Shown here: positions 41,202 to 50,064 of the stretch, one piece after another
Position numbering within the stretch: position 1 is the stretch's first letter
How the letters are laid out: the number at the start of each line of letters is the position of its first letter
NCBI GenBank assembly: GCA_963840855.1
Contig: CAWJBB010000007.1
Span: 36,559 to 100,558, forward strand
Length of the DNA stretch: 64,000 nt
From: an uncultured delta proteobacterium
GTDB taxonomy: Bacteria; Desulfobacterota; Binatia; UBA9968
Direction: 5' to 3'
The notes under the pieces: generated by a model
Database searches by the model: none
What the model was told of the DNA's origin: nothing
The model's input: only the letters and a program-made list of their open reading frames with translations
Position numbers and translations under genes: made by a program

Positions 41202-41900
41202 ATGAGCGATAATGGTTTTTTCAAGAATCCTGGCGTGACGGTCAAGGTTTCGGGTTTGGCCAAGTCGTATGAGACTTCCGCCGAGCAGGTGCGCGCGCTG
41301 AAGGGCGTTGATTGGCACATTGGCGCCGGTGAGGCGGTGGCGCTGATGGGCCCATCGGGCTGCGGCAAAACTACGCTGCTCAATCTCCTCGGCGGCGTCG
41401 ATCATGCGACCGGAGGGGAGCTTTTTGTCGGTGATCAGAAGCTGTCGTCGCTTACCGAGCGCGATCTGGAAAAGTATCGTCTGCACAAAGTGGGTTTCGT
41501 GTTTCAATTCTTCAACTTGATTCCCAGCTTGACCGCTGTGGAGAATCTGGAGCTGCCGATGTTGATCGCAGGTGTTGATCCATCAGCGCGCAAACAGCGC
41601 ATCGAAGGGCTGCTGCAAATGGTCGGCCTTGCGGCCAAGGGCCACAAGAGGCCTGAAGAATTGAGCGGCGGCGAACAACAGCGCGTCGCCGTGGCTTTGT
41701 CACTCGCCAATGATCCCGCACTGATTCTCGCCGATGAACCGACCGGCAACTTGGACACCGGCAACACGGAAACGATTACGGCGCTGTTTCTCTCCCTCGC
41801 GGAGAAGTATGGCAAGACAGTCATTATGGCGAGCCATGATCCCAAAGCCGTGGAACATTTCAAGAAGGTCTACAACATGCGCGACGGAAATTTTGTGTGA
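41202..41900 (+). CDS. LolD/MacB-type ABC ATPase
   Basis: GPSGCGKTT, GFVFQFFNLIP, LSGGEQQRVA, ADEPTGNLD. Confidence 0.95.
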   Translation: MSDNGFFKNPGVTVKVSGLAKSYETSAEQVRALKGVDWHIGAGEAVALMGPSGCGKTTLLNLLGGVDHATGGELFVGDQKLSSLTERDLEKYRLHKVGFVFQFFNLIPSLTAVENLELPMLIAGVDPSARKQRIEGLLQMVGLAAKGHKRPEELSGGEQQRVAVALSLANDPALILADEPTGNLDTGNTETITALFLSLAEKYGKTVIMASHDPKAVEHFKKVYNMRDGNFV

Positions 41901-41942
41901 CGGATCGAAAGCGTAAATCATTCATAAACAGGAGGAATCGCC

Positions 41943-43496
41943 ATGTCCTACGGGAGCTCACTCCGGAATCGTTACCTTAAAAAAACGAGATCTATCGTGC
42001 TCATGGTTGCAGCGTTGGCGCTCGTCTTTGTCTTCGCGCCGGCCCCGGCTGATTCTCCCAGCGATCCGAAGCGTGTGGCGTTCGAGGTGATCGATCGTAA
42101 CGCCGACCAAATCGCCACCGTTAGCGACGTGCTCTATCATTTCGCCGAACCAGGGATGCAGGAACACGAGAGTTCGAAGTATGTGAAAGAAACCCTGGAA
42201 CGCGCCGGCTTCGCCGTGGAATTGGGCGGCGCCGGCATGCCCACCAATGTGTGGGCCAAGTGGGGTTCTGGTAAACCGATGATCGCCATCGCGACGGAAA
42301 TGGATGCCCTGCCGGAGGGATCGCAAACTCCCGGAAGTATCCCGCGCAAGCCGCTCGTCGAAGGCGCTCCGGGTCATATGGAAGGCCACAACGTTATGGG
42401 CGCGGTGGGCGTCGGCGCGGCGTTTGCCGTGAAGAAGGCAATGGAACAGTTCAAGATTCCGGGCACTATTGTTCTTTCCATCGGTCCCGCAGAAGAGCAG
42501 TTGATGAGCCGTCCCTATCTGGTTCGCGACGGTTACTTCAAAGATGTCGACGCGGCGATCCTCACCCATGTCGCCGACGGCTCGGCGACCGGTTACGGCC
42601 TGCAGAATTACGCGTTGATTGGGGCCAAGTTCACCTTCAAAGGCCGAACCGCGCATGGGGGCGTGAATCCTTGGGACGGTAAAGATGCCGTGGATGCCGT
42701 TGTCCTGATGGATATCGGTTTCGACAAACTGCGTGAGCATCTACGGCCGACCTATCGCGGCCATCGGACGATCACGAACGGCGGCGTGCAGCCTAACATC
42801 ATTCCGGATACGGGACAGATTTGGTGGTTCATCCGTGACGCTAACGGTCCCTGGGCGAAAGAGAACTTCGACAAGCTAGTGGATATCGCCCGGGGTGCGG
42901 CGCTGATGACGGGTACGACGATGGAGATGGAACCCTTCGGCGCGGCGTGGCCATCGCTCGGTAACAAAGCGATCGCTGAAGCTATTCAAAAGAATATTGA
43001 TATGGTCGGGATGCCCAAGTGGACCGAAGAGGAAAACAAATTCGCCAGGGAGTTGCAAAAATCCTTGGGGCGAAAAGAGGAGGGCTTGCCGGCTAAAGTA
43101 TCACCCCTCACGCTGGCACGGCAAAATAGCTCGTCAAACGATATCGGCGACATAACTTGGGTCGTTCCGGCGGCCACTGTGCGGTTTCCGGTTGTGGTGC
43201 CTGGAGTGCAGGCGCACCACTGGACCGCGGGCATTACGCCGACAATGTCCATCGCTCATAAGGGCGCGGTCGTTGGGGCGAAGGTCCTTGCGGCGTCGGT
43301 TCTCGACTTGTTCACGTCGTCTGAGCTTCGGGCCGCGGCGCGGAAGCAATTTGAGGAAGATACCAAAGACACCAAATATTTTTCGCTGCTTCCTGCGGGC
43401 GCCAAGCCGCCAATCGACTTGAATAAAGACATTATGGACAAGTATCGACCGGCGATGCGCAAGTTTTATTTGAATAAGAAGGCGGAGTTTAAGTAA
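41943..43496 (+). CDS. Secreted M20 amidohydrolase (AbgB-like)
   Basis: Signal peptide; EMDALP, GHMEGHN, PAEE, NDIGDITWVVP, HHW. Confidence 0.87.
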   Translation: MSYGSSLRNRYLKKTRSIVLMVAALALVFVFAPAPADSPSDPKRVAFEVIDRNADQIATVSDVLYHFAEPGMQEHESSKYVKETLERAGFAVELGGAGMPTNVWAKWGSGKPMIAIATEMDALPEGSQTPGSIPRKPLVEGAPGHMEGHNVMGAVGVGAAFAVKKAMEQFKIPGTIVLSIGPAEEQLMSRPYLVRDGYFKDVDAAILTHVADGSATGYGLQNYALIGAKFTFKGRTAHGGVNPWDGKDAVDAVVLMDIGFDKLREHLRPTYRGHRTITNGGVQPNIIPDTGQIWWFIRDANGPWAKENFDKLVDIARGAALMTGTTMEMEPFGAAWPSLGNKAIAEAIQKNIDMVGMPKWTEEENKFARELQKSLGRKEEGLPAKVSPLTLARQNSSSNDIGDITWVVPAATVRFPVVVPGVQAHHWTAGITPTMSIAHKGAVVGAKVLAASVLDLFTSSELRAAARKQFEEDTKDTKYFSLLPAGAKPPIDLNKDIMDKYRPAMRKFYLNKKAEFK

Positions 43497-43534
43497 CACC
43501 GCGATTCGGCGCTCGTTTCCAAATAGCGCAAGAC

Positions 43535-43562
43535 GGGATTCCTCGCTTTGCTCGGAATGACA
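43535..43562. repeat. REP-like element (reverse complement GTCATTCCGAGC..AGCGAGGAATC)
   Basis: ggattcctcgctttgctcggaatgaca. Confidence 0.7.
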
Positions 43563-43644
43563 CGACGGCACAAAGTGCACATCGTCGCGACCTGAGATAT
43601 GCAGAACGCCGTTAGTTTAGAGTGAGTAAGGGCAAACATTCAGT

Positions 43645-43674
43645 TTGACAACAAGACTCGATTGTCCTTATGTA
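43645..43674 (+). promoter_or_regulatory. Sigma70-like promoter upstream of paralogs 3-4
   Basis: TTGACA at 43645 followed by a weak -10-like TTATGT/TATGTA; GACAA..TTGTC inverted repeat. Confidence 0.4.
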
Positions 43675-43714
43675 GCTCGTTGAGTCCTATCGATCAGCGA
43701 CGAAGAGGTGTGAA

Positions 43715-45409
43715 ATGAAACATTTTTTCGCGTTGTTTTCAGTCGCATCTATTTTACTCGTGTCTGTCCCCTCATCCGGGGCTGAAAAAACTAGCTACCC
43801 CGCGCCGCGCTTTCCGTCCTACGTCAAGCCGCCGAAGTCGATTGATGACGTGATGCCGTTCGCGCGCGCGGCGGTGCGCCAGACGGGCGGGCGAACCCCT
43901 CTGGGGTTGGTGGAGAAGGGAACGGTTTTGATCGTTGTCGAGCCTGACGCCGAGGAAATCGTTCTTCAGGCGATCAAAAAGGCCTATGAGGAGCGCGGCG
44001 TGAAGGTCCAAATGGTGCCCCAGCATGAGCTGGCCGGGGTAAAAAAGGAGGAAGCGCGAAAAGCCAAAGAGGCCACACGCGGTTACACTTCGGAGCAGGG
44101 CTACATGGAAGCGGAACGGTGGATCAACAGCCGTTTTTCCGATCCTGAAGTTCCCAAGAAGTGGCTGAAGGAAAGAAGGCCGGACCTTTACAAGGCCCTT
44201 TTCGACAAAGAAACTCAGGTTTCCCCCCAACTCAAGGCTACGGCCGAAAAGCTTACCCGGAAAGGTCTTTCAGACGGTTTGATCAAGTATCTGGACAAAC
44301 ATCCCGAAGTAAATGCCGTTTTCTTCCAGCGCGGCGGGCGCACCGCAACGAGTCGCACGATGGGAGAGCATAGCAAGAAGTTTTTCGGCAATTTTATTTT
44401 TGACAACCGCTGGGAGCTGATGAACAAGGCCGCTACCTTTCCGGGAGATGTCTGGCGGCTGGCGGAAGAACGGATCATCGAACCCCTGGCGTGGGTTGAT
44501 CGAGTGCATGTAATCGACCCGGAGGGGACCAACTTCACTTTCGATGTCGAAGAGAAGCAGGCTCAGGCCTGGGCCAAAGGCGGATACCAGCAGGGGCATC
44601 TCTATATGTTTCCGCATCAGGCCACCGGCAGGTTTCCTTATTCCACGGTGGACTATCCGGCGTTTACTAAGGATTACAACCCGCGCTTCCTGCTCAAAGT
44701 CAACGGAGTCTTCGCCGGCACGACCAATCATACCGGATCGTTTCCGAGGATCGAGGTTCGCCTGAAGGACGGCTATGTGGCGGAGGTGAAGGGCGGGGGC
44801 ATTTATGGCGAGGTTTGGCGCGAGTTCCTAAAATATCCAAAGATGAACGAAGTTACCTATCCCTTTCATGACCAACCGGGATACTGGTGGATCTACGAAG
44901 CGGGTTTGGGAACAAATCCTAAGTTCTTCAAACGGCCGGATGAAGCCATGGAAGGGACAAACTCGTCGGAGCGGAATCACGCCGGGGTCATCCATTGGGG
45001 CTTTGGCCTGCGTCTCCATCACGGCCCTGATAAACCTCTGGAATCAAAAGAGTGGATGGACTTCGCGGCGCAGAATGGCCTGCCCAATGACCATTGGTGG
45101 CACATTCATAATGTGCTTCCGACTTACCGAGTTCGCATCAGAGGAACCAAAAACAGCTGGCTTACGCTAATTGACAAAGGGGAGATTACCGCTTTCAAGA
45201 GCCCGGAAATCCGCGCGCTCGCTTCGCGTTATGGCGATCCCAAGGAGCTGCTCGCCGACGACTGGTCGCCGCATCTGCCGGGCATCAACGCGCCGGGGCG
45301 CTATGAGGATTACGCGAAAGATCCATGGAAGACTCAGGTCATGGTGATGAAAAAAATCGAGGCTGCAAACTATGAGTATTTTTATCCTGCGGTCAAAACT
45401 AAAAAGTAG
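43715..45409 (+). CDS. Secreted M29/NicX-like protein, paralog 3
   Basis: Same motifs as paralog 1; signal peptide. Confidence 0.8.
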   Translation: MKHFFALFSVASILLVSVPSSGAEKTSYPAPRFPSYVKPPKSIDDVMPFARAAVRQTGGRTPLGLVEKGTVLIVVEPDAEEIVLQAIKKAYEERGVKVQMVPQHELAGVKKEEARKAKEATRGYTSEQGYMEAERWINSRFSDPEVPKKWLKERRPDLYKALFDKETQVSPQLKATAEKLTRKGLSDGLIKYLDKHPEVNAVFFQRGGRTATSRTMGEHSKKFFGNFIFDNRWELMNKAATFPGDVWRLAEERIIEPLAWVDRVHVIDPEGTNFTFDVEEKQAQAWAKGGYQQGHLYMFPHQATGRFPYSTVDYPAFTKDYNPRFLLKVNGVFAGTTNHTGSFPRIEVRLKDGYVAEVKGGGIYGEVWREFLKYPKMNEVTYPFHDQPGYWWIYEAGLGTNPKFFKRPDEAMEGTNSSERNHAGVIHWGFGLRLHHGPDKPLESKEWMDFAAQNGLPNDHWWHIHNVLPTYRVRIRGTKNSWLTLIDKGEITAFKSPEIRALASRYGDPKELLADDWSPHLPGINAPGRYEDYAKDPWKTQVMVMKKIEAANYEYFYPAVKTKK

Positions 45410-45475
45410 ACGAGGATAGATGTTGAACTCATGTGAATATCGGCGCTCTAAACTCCAAAATGGCAGGAGCTAGCC

Positions 45476-47188
45476 ATGAAGCGACGGACTATTAATCTGT
45501 TAGTCGTACTCTCGCTTGCCGCTTCCAGTTTAGTTTTTGGGGCTGAAAAATCTAGCTATCCCGCGCCGCGTTTCCCGTCCTATACGAAGGCACCCAAGTC
45601 GGTCGAAGAAGTAATGCCCTACGCCCGCGCCATTGCGCGGCAGACCACCGGATTGCAAGGTGACGGGTTCGGTATTCTTAAAGATGGCGAGGGTGTTGGG
45701 CTCGTCCTCACATCGACCGCCGAGGATCTGGTCGTACAGGCGATCAAACGCGCCATCGAAGAGCGTGGCGTGAAAGTGCACCTGCTGTACGATTACGAGC
45801 TCGTCGGGGTGAGCCGCGCCGAAGCGGCGGAGCTGCGCAAGGCGCGCCGGCAATTCACTTCCGAGCAGGGATACATGGAAGCGAGGAGGTGGATCGATGA
45901 TCGCTTTGCCGACCCCGAAGCGCCGAAGAAGTGGCTCAAGGAAAGACGGCCGGATCTTTACGACGCGCTCTATCCGGCGCGAGCCGAGATTCCGGAGCGC
46001 TTGAAGGAGGTCGCAAAAAAACTCGACAGAGAAAATATCGGCAAGGGGATCAGGCAGTTTTTAGAGAAAAACCCGACTGTGAGAGGGTTCTTCTGGGGCA
46101 CCGGCGGCACCACAACCCTGCGGCGTTACGTGCGTCCGTATGAGGAAAAGTACTTGGGGGTGATGGTTTACGACAACCGCTGGACGGTGATGAGCAAGAT
46201 CTCGCAATTCCCCGGTGACGTGTGGCGGCTCGTCGAAGAGCGCACCATCGAGCCCATCGGGTGGGCGGATCGTTTGGCAATTACTGACCCGGAAGGCACG
46301 AATCTGACTAGCGAACTCACGGAGGATATGTCCGAGAGATGGGCGCGGGGCGTTTACCAGCAAGGCCATCTCTATATGTTTCCCAATCAAGCGACGGGCC
46401 GTTTCCCTTATTCCGTCGTCGAGTATCCGGCGTTTCAAAAAAAGTGGAACGCGCGCTCACCGACGCCGAAGGCCAACGGTATGATCGCCGGCACGGCCAA
46501 CCACGCGGGACATTTCCCGCGCGCTGAAATCGTCATCAAGGACGGCTTCGTCGTCGATGTGAAGGGGAGCGGAGTATACGCGGAGACGTGGCGCGAGTTT
46601 CTCAAGTATCCGAGGATTAATGAAGTGACGTATCCGTATCACGACCGCCCCGGTTACTGGCTCCTCTACGAAGCGGCGCTCGGCACCAATCCGAAGTTTT
46701 ACAAGCGCCCGGACGAGAACATGGCCGGAGAGAACAGCACCGAGCGAAATCGCAGCGGTGTCATGCACTTTGGCAACGGCATCCGTGTCCACCATGGACC
46801 GGATTCGCCGGAATGGGCAAAGGAGTGGGTCGAGTTCACCAAGAAAAATAATCTTCCCGACGATCACTGGTTTCATATTCACAACTACTTCACGACGTAC
46901 CGCTTGCGTGTCCGTGGCACCAAGAACACCTGGGTGACGATCATTAACAGGGGGCGAATGAATTCGCTGGATAGCCCCGAAGTCCGCGCGCTCACGTCGC
47001 GCTACGGCGATCCGAAAGACCTGTTGACGGAGGACTGGGTACCGGAAATACCCGGAATCAACGCCAAGGGCCGCTATGAAGATTACGCTAAAGACCCGTG
47101 GAAGACGGTGTCGACAATGTTTAAGAAAATCGAAGACGGCTCGTACGAGTACTTTTATCCGGCGGTGAAAGGGCAAAAAAGGCCATAG
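45476..47188 (+). CDS. Secreted M29/NicX-like protein, paralog 4 (most divergent)
   Basis: YEAALGTNPK, TERNRSGVMHFG, HWFHIH; signal peptide. Confidence 0.8.
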   Translation: MKRRTINLLVVLSLAASSLVFGAEKSSYPAPRFPSYTKAPKSVEEVMPYARAIARQTTGLQGDGFGILKDGEGVGLVLTSTAEDLVVQAIKRAIEERGVKVHLLYDYELVGVSRAEAAELRKARRQFTSEQGYMEARRWIDDRFADPEAPKKWLKERRPDLYDALYPARAEIPERLKEVAKKLDRENIGKGIRQFLEKNPTVRGFFWGTGGTTTLRRYVRPYEEKYLGVMVYDNRWTVMSKISQFPGDVWRLVEERTIEPIGWADRLAITDPEGTNLTSELTEDMSERWARGVYQQGHLYMFPNQATGRFPYSVVEYPAFQKKWNARSPTPKANGMIAGTANHAGHFPRAEIVIKDGFVVDVKGSGVYAETWREFLKYPRINEVTYPYHDRPGYWLLYEAALGTNPKFYKRPDENMAGENSTERNRSGVMHFGNGIRVHHGPDSPEWAKEWVEFTKKNNLPDDHWFHIHNYFTTYRLRVRGTKNTWVTIINRGRMNSLDSPEVRALTSRYGDPKDLLTEDWVPEIPGINAKGRYEDYAKDPWKTVSTMFKKIEDGSYEYFYPAVKGQKRP

Positions 47189-47268
47189 AGGCGTCAGGCG
47201 TGATCGGTGTGAAGTGTCCGGACGAGAGCCATTAGTGAGCCCCGCAGAAAATTAAGGAGGTCACGGTC

Positions 47269-48279
47269 ATGGCAAAAAAGATCCGCGAGTTCATGACGCA
47301 CAGGGAACCGGCTGAACATATCTGGATGGAACGAGATGAAAGCGCGGTGATCGGCACCGCCCGTATGGGCCAGAGAATGGTGCCGAAGATCCGTCCGTTC
47401 GATCTGCTTAGGAACGCTCCGCTGGCCGGCAACCGGGCGCGCGTGATGATTTTTGAGGGCGACGGATTGCGCGTCGCCACGGAACACATCGACGGACCAG
47501 AAGCGCAACTTACCCGCGCCGCGGATCACGATGTGATCTATTTGCAATTTTGCGGGCGCTCGAAGATCGAGAGTGAATGCGGCGAAATCGAATTGGAGCC
47601 GGGAGAAATCGCGCTGGTGCCCTCGGCTATTTCGCATCGCTCAACCGGCACGGATCAGTGCCTGCGCGTGCGCATCGCCACTCGGGAGTGCGTGACCGAG
47701 GGCGTGGATCCGGAGAAACCGCTCACGCAGATGCGATTGACCGTTCGGCCGTCGGCTCCGGTGGTGCCCGGCAACGGCGCCAAGCCAGAGGGTGCGAGTG
47801 AAGGTGCCGTATTAGAACACATCAGTTTTTGGGACCCGCAGTCGGATCTTTGGGTTGAACGCAGCGTTGCGGCGCTCATCGGTTGCAAACGAGAAGGCGG
47901 TCGCAACGCCCGCAAACTGAGCGCCTTTAACTATTTTACCGGCATGACCGGCAAAGGCGGCGCCAGGGCTCCGGTGCTCTACAATGGCCGGGAGTTTCGC
48001 GTTGATGTTTACAATCTTGAAGAAGAACAGAATGGATTTCACCGCGGCTGCGACGAAGACGAAATCTGGTTTCAGTTCCGCGGTCATTCACTAAACCACA
48101 CCGAATGGGGTGCGCTGGAACTTGACCCAGGGCAGATGTCTTACATTCCGCGCGGCGTCGCGCACCGAATTACCGGCAGCCCCGGCTTTCTGCGTATGGT
48201 GCTTTATAGCCGCGAGCTGGTTCATCCCAAAGCTTTCAACAATGTGTCTGAGCGAGAGACACGCTTCGAGGTTCAGTAA
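47269..48279 (+). CDS. Bicupin protein, homogentisate 1,2-dioxygenase-like
   Basis: Two cupin repeats (DHDVIYLQFCG..ELEPGEIALVP..ISHR; FHRGCDEDEIWFQFRG..ELDPGQMSYIPRGVAHR). Confidence 0.75.
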   Translation: MAKKIREFMTHREPAEHIWMERDESAVIGTARMGQRMVPKIRPFDLLRNAPLAGNRARVMIFEGDGLRVATEHIDGPEAQLTRAADHDVIYLQFCGRSKIESECGEIELEPGEIALVPSAISHRSTGTDQCLRVRIATRECVTEGVDPEKPLTQMRLTVRPSAPVVPGNGAKPEGASEGAVLEHISFWDPQSDLWVERSVAALIGCKREGGRNARKLSAFNYFTGMTGKGGARAPVLYNGREFRVDVYNLEEEQNGFHRGCDEDEIWFQFRGHSLNHTEWGALELDPGQMSYIPRGVAHRITGSPGFLRMVLYSRELVHPKAFNNVSERETRFEVQ

Positions 48280-48435
48280 ACGAGCCGGAGATAAACGCGC
48301 TCTCGTACAACGACTTTCGCGGTTTCTCACGGTTGACAGACGTCCTTCTTTGGTTCTAGGCTCGGCCGGGTCTTAACCAGCCAAAAGAGGCGCCTGCCAT
48401 GTTGCTCGGCACTCTATTCTTGAAACAACACCGTC

Positions 48436-48747
48436 TCAAGTCTTAAAATTCGGATAGCCCGCCTTAGCCGCTTTCGCTTTGTAATCCGCAACTAATTCTT
48501 CGCGCGGTTTTTCATGTATCCAGACCGCTTCGGTGAAGCTCCAGAGTGTAAATGGATGCGCGCCGAGGGCATAGAGCTTGCCGTAATCTTTGGTGGCCAG
48601 CGCTTCGCGTTCTTCCGGCGACAATTTCAGCTTTTGAGTCTTCTCCCATTTCTCCACGAACGCGCGCGGATTAGCCGTGTATTCATCCTCCGCCGACTCG
48701 TTCATGTTGACATGGTGAATGAGTTTGTTCATTAGGTACTTGCTCAT
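48436..48747 (-). CDS. LigA-like small subunit of an extradiol dioxygenase
   Basis: LNKL-like MNKL, LSPEEREAL..DYGKLYALGAHPFTL. Confidence 0.75.
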   Translation of the reverse strand: MSKYLMNKLIHHVNMNESAEDEYTANPRAFVEKWEKTQKLKLSPEEREALATKDYGKLYALGAHPFTLWSFTEAVWIHEKPREELVADYKAKAAKAGYPNFKT

Positions 48748-48762
48748 ATGGCGACTCCTCGG

Positions 48763-49035
48763 TCAAGCTTTGAATAGCGTCCAAATGCCGATGGCGATAA
48801 ACCCGATTCCCGCTAAGTAATGCAAAACTTTCTCGCTGATATATTGTGACAGTGCCGAACCGGCAACAACGCCAAGTGCGGAGGTGACGACAAGCGCTAA
48901 CGATGCGCCTATGAAAACAGTCAGTTTACTCGTGCCCTTGTCCGACGCGAACAGCATCGTTGCCAGCTGAGTCTTGTCGCCAAGCTCGGCAATGAAGACC
49001 GACGTGAAGACCGTTGTTAAGACTTTCCAGTCCAT
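48763..49035 (-). CDS. Half-size GDT1/TMEM165 (UPF0016) cation transporter
   Basis: AELGDKTQLAT signature; start overlaps the ligB-like stop (TGATG). Confidence 0.9.
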   Translation of the reverse strand: MDWKVLTTVFTSVFIAELGDKTQLATMLFASDKGTSKLTVFIGASLALVVTSALGVVAGSALSQYISEKVLHYLAGIGFIAIGIWTLFKA

Positions 49036-49880
49036 CAATTTTGTTTCTCCCAACTAAAGAACGGTATCGCCGGAAAGCCGGCGTCCAATCCTTCCGCGTA
49101 GGACGGCTTGGTGCTGTTCGCCACGCCCATCATCATCAAAAAATTCAAGTAGCCGCTGGTCATGTTGCCCGAGGCGATCATCTTCTCGGGCGTGCAGCCT
49201 TGGGCGGCGCCGTCGATGTCGCCGTTGACGATCCAGCCGACGGCGGCGGCGTCGAAGTGTGGATCGGTGAGATGACGTTCGAATTGTTTCGGGCCGCCGA
49301 CTTCGAGAGACAAGTGACCGCTTACGAGCACGCCGATCCGTTTGTTGGTCGGAAGGCTATCGATGGCGCCACGAATGGCTTTGCCGACCTCAAAGCAGCG
49401 CTTCGGTCTCGGCATCGGCGGGGCGATGCAGTTGGTCAAAATCGGCACGATGGGAATATCCATCTCGGGACGCACGAACATCATCGGCACGATGATGGAG
49501 TGATCGATGGTCAATTCATTCGAATAAGCGAAGTCGACGCCGCGGTCGAAGGCGCCTTCCATGATGGCGTCCGAGGTTTCGAGGTCGCCGGGTAGTTTGC
49601 AGGTCGGCAAGCCGAACTCCCGAGTCTCGTCGTAAAACGTGCCATCGTACTGATCCATCTTGCCGATCATAAACGCCGGCATGTTATCCATGAAGAATTG
49701 ATGCAAGTGATCGTTGCCGATGCAGACCAGCACGTCGGCCTTCGCCTCGGCGAGTTTCCGGCGCATCATGGCGATTCGTTCTTTGACTTTGGCCGCCCCG
49801 GGGGGTTGCTGCGGTTGTTGAAATAAACGCGGCATGAACGGGTTGTGGGTGATGCCGATGATCGAAACGATTTGAGCCAT
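49035..49880 (-). CDS. LigB/MhpB-like class III extradiol dioxygenase subunit (atypical)
   Basis: GITHNP, GNDHLHQFF..NMPAF, IDHSIIVP, PIVPI.TN, SGHLSL. Confidence 0.85.
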   Translation of the reverse strand: MAQIVSIIGITHNPFMPRLFQQPQQPPGAAKVKERIAMMRRKLAEAKADVLVCIGNDHLHQFFMDNMPAFMIGKMDQYDGTFYDETREFGLPTCKLPGDLETSDAIMEGAFDRGVDFAYSNELTIDHSIIVPMMFVRPEMDIPIVPILTNCIAPPMPRPKRCFEVGKAIRGAIDSLPTNKRIGVLVSGHLSLEVGGPKQFERHLTDPHFDAAAVGWIVNGDIDGAAQGCTPEKMIASGNMTSGYLNFLMMMGVANSTKPSYAEGLDAGFPAIPFFSWEKQN

Positions 49881-50064
49881 GGTTTGCCTCCTCCGTGCCG
49901 TCCACCCGGTGTTTAGCACGACGGCTTGATCCGTGTAAACGGTGTGCTTCTCGCCGACGGCCACTGGACGTTTGACATATGCGCGTCGCCAAATTAAATG
50001 AATGCCTGGACCGTATCGAAGCGCCCCGCCAAACTCGTTCGCAAAGGAGCAGACAAAGGTGTCG

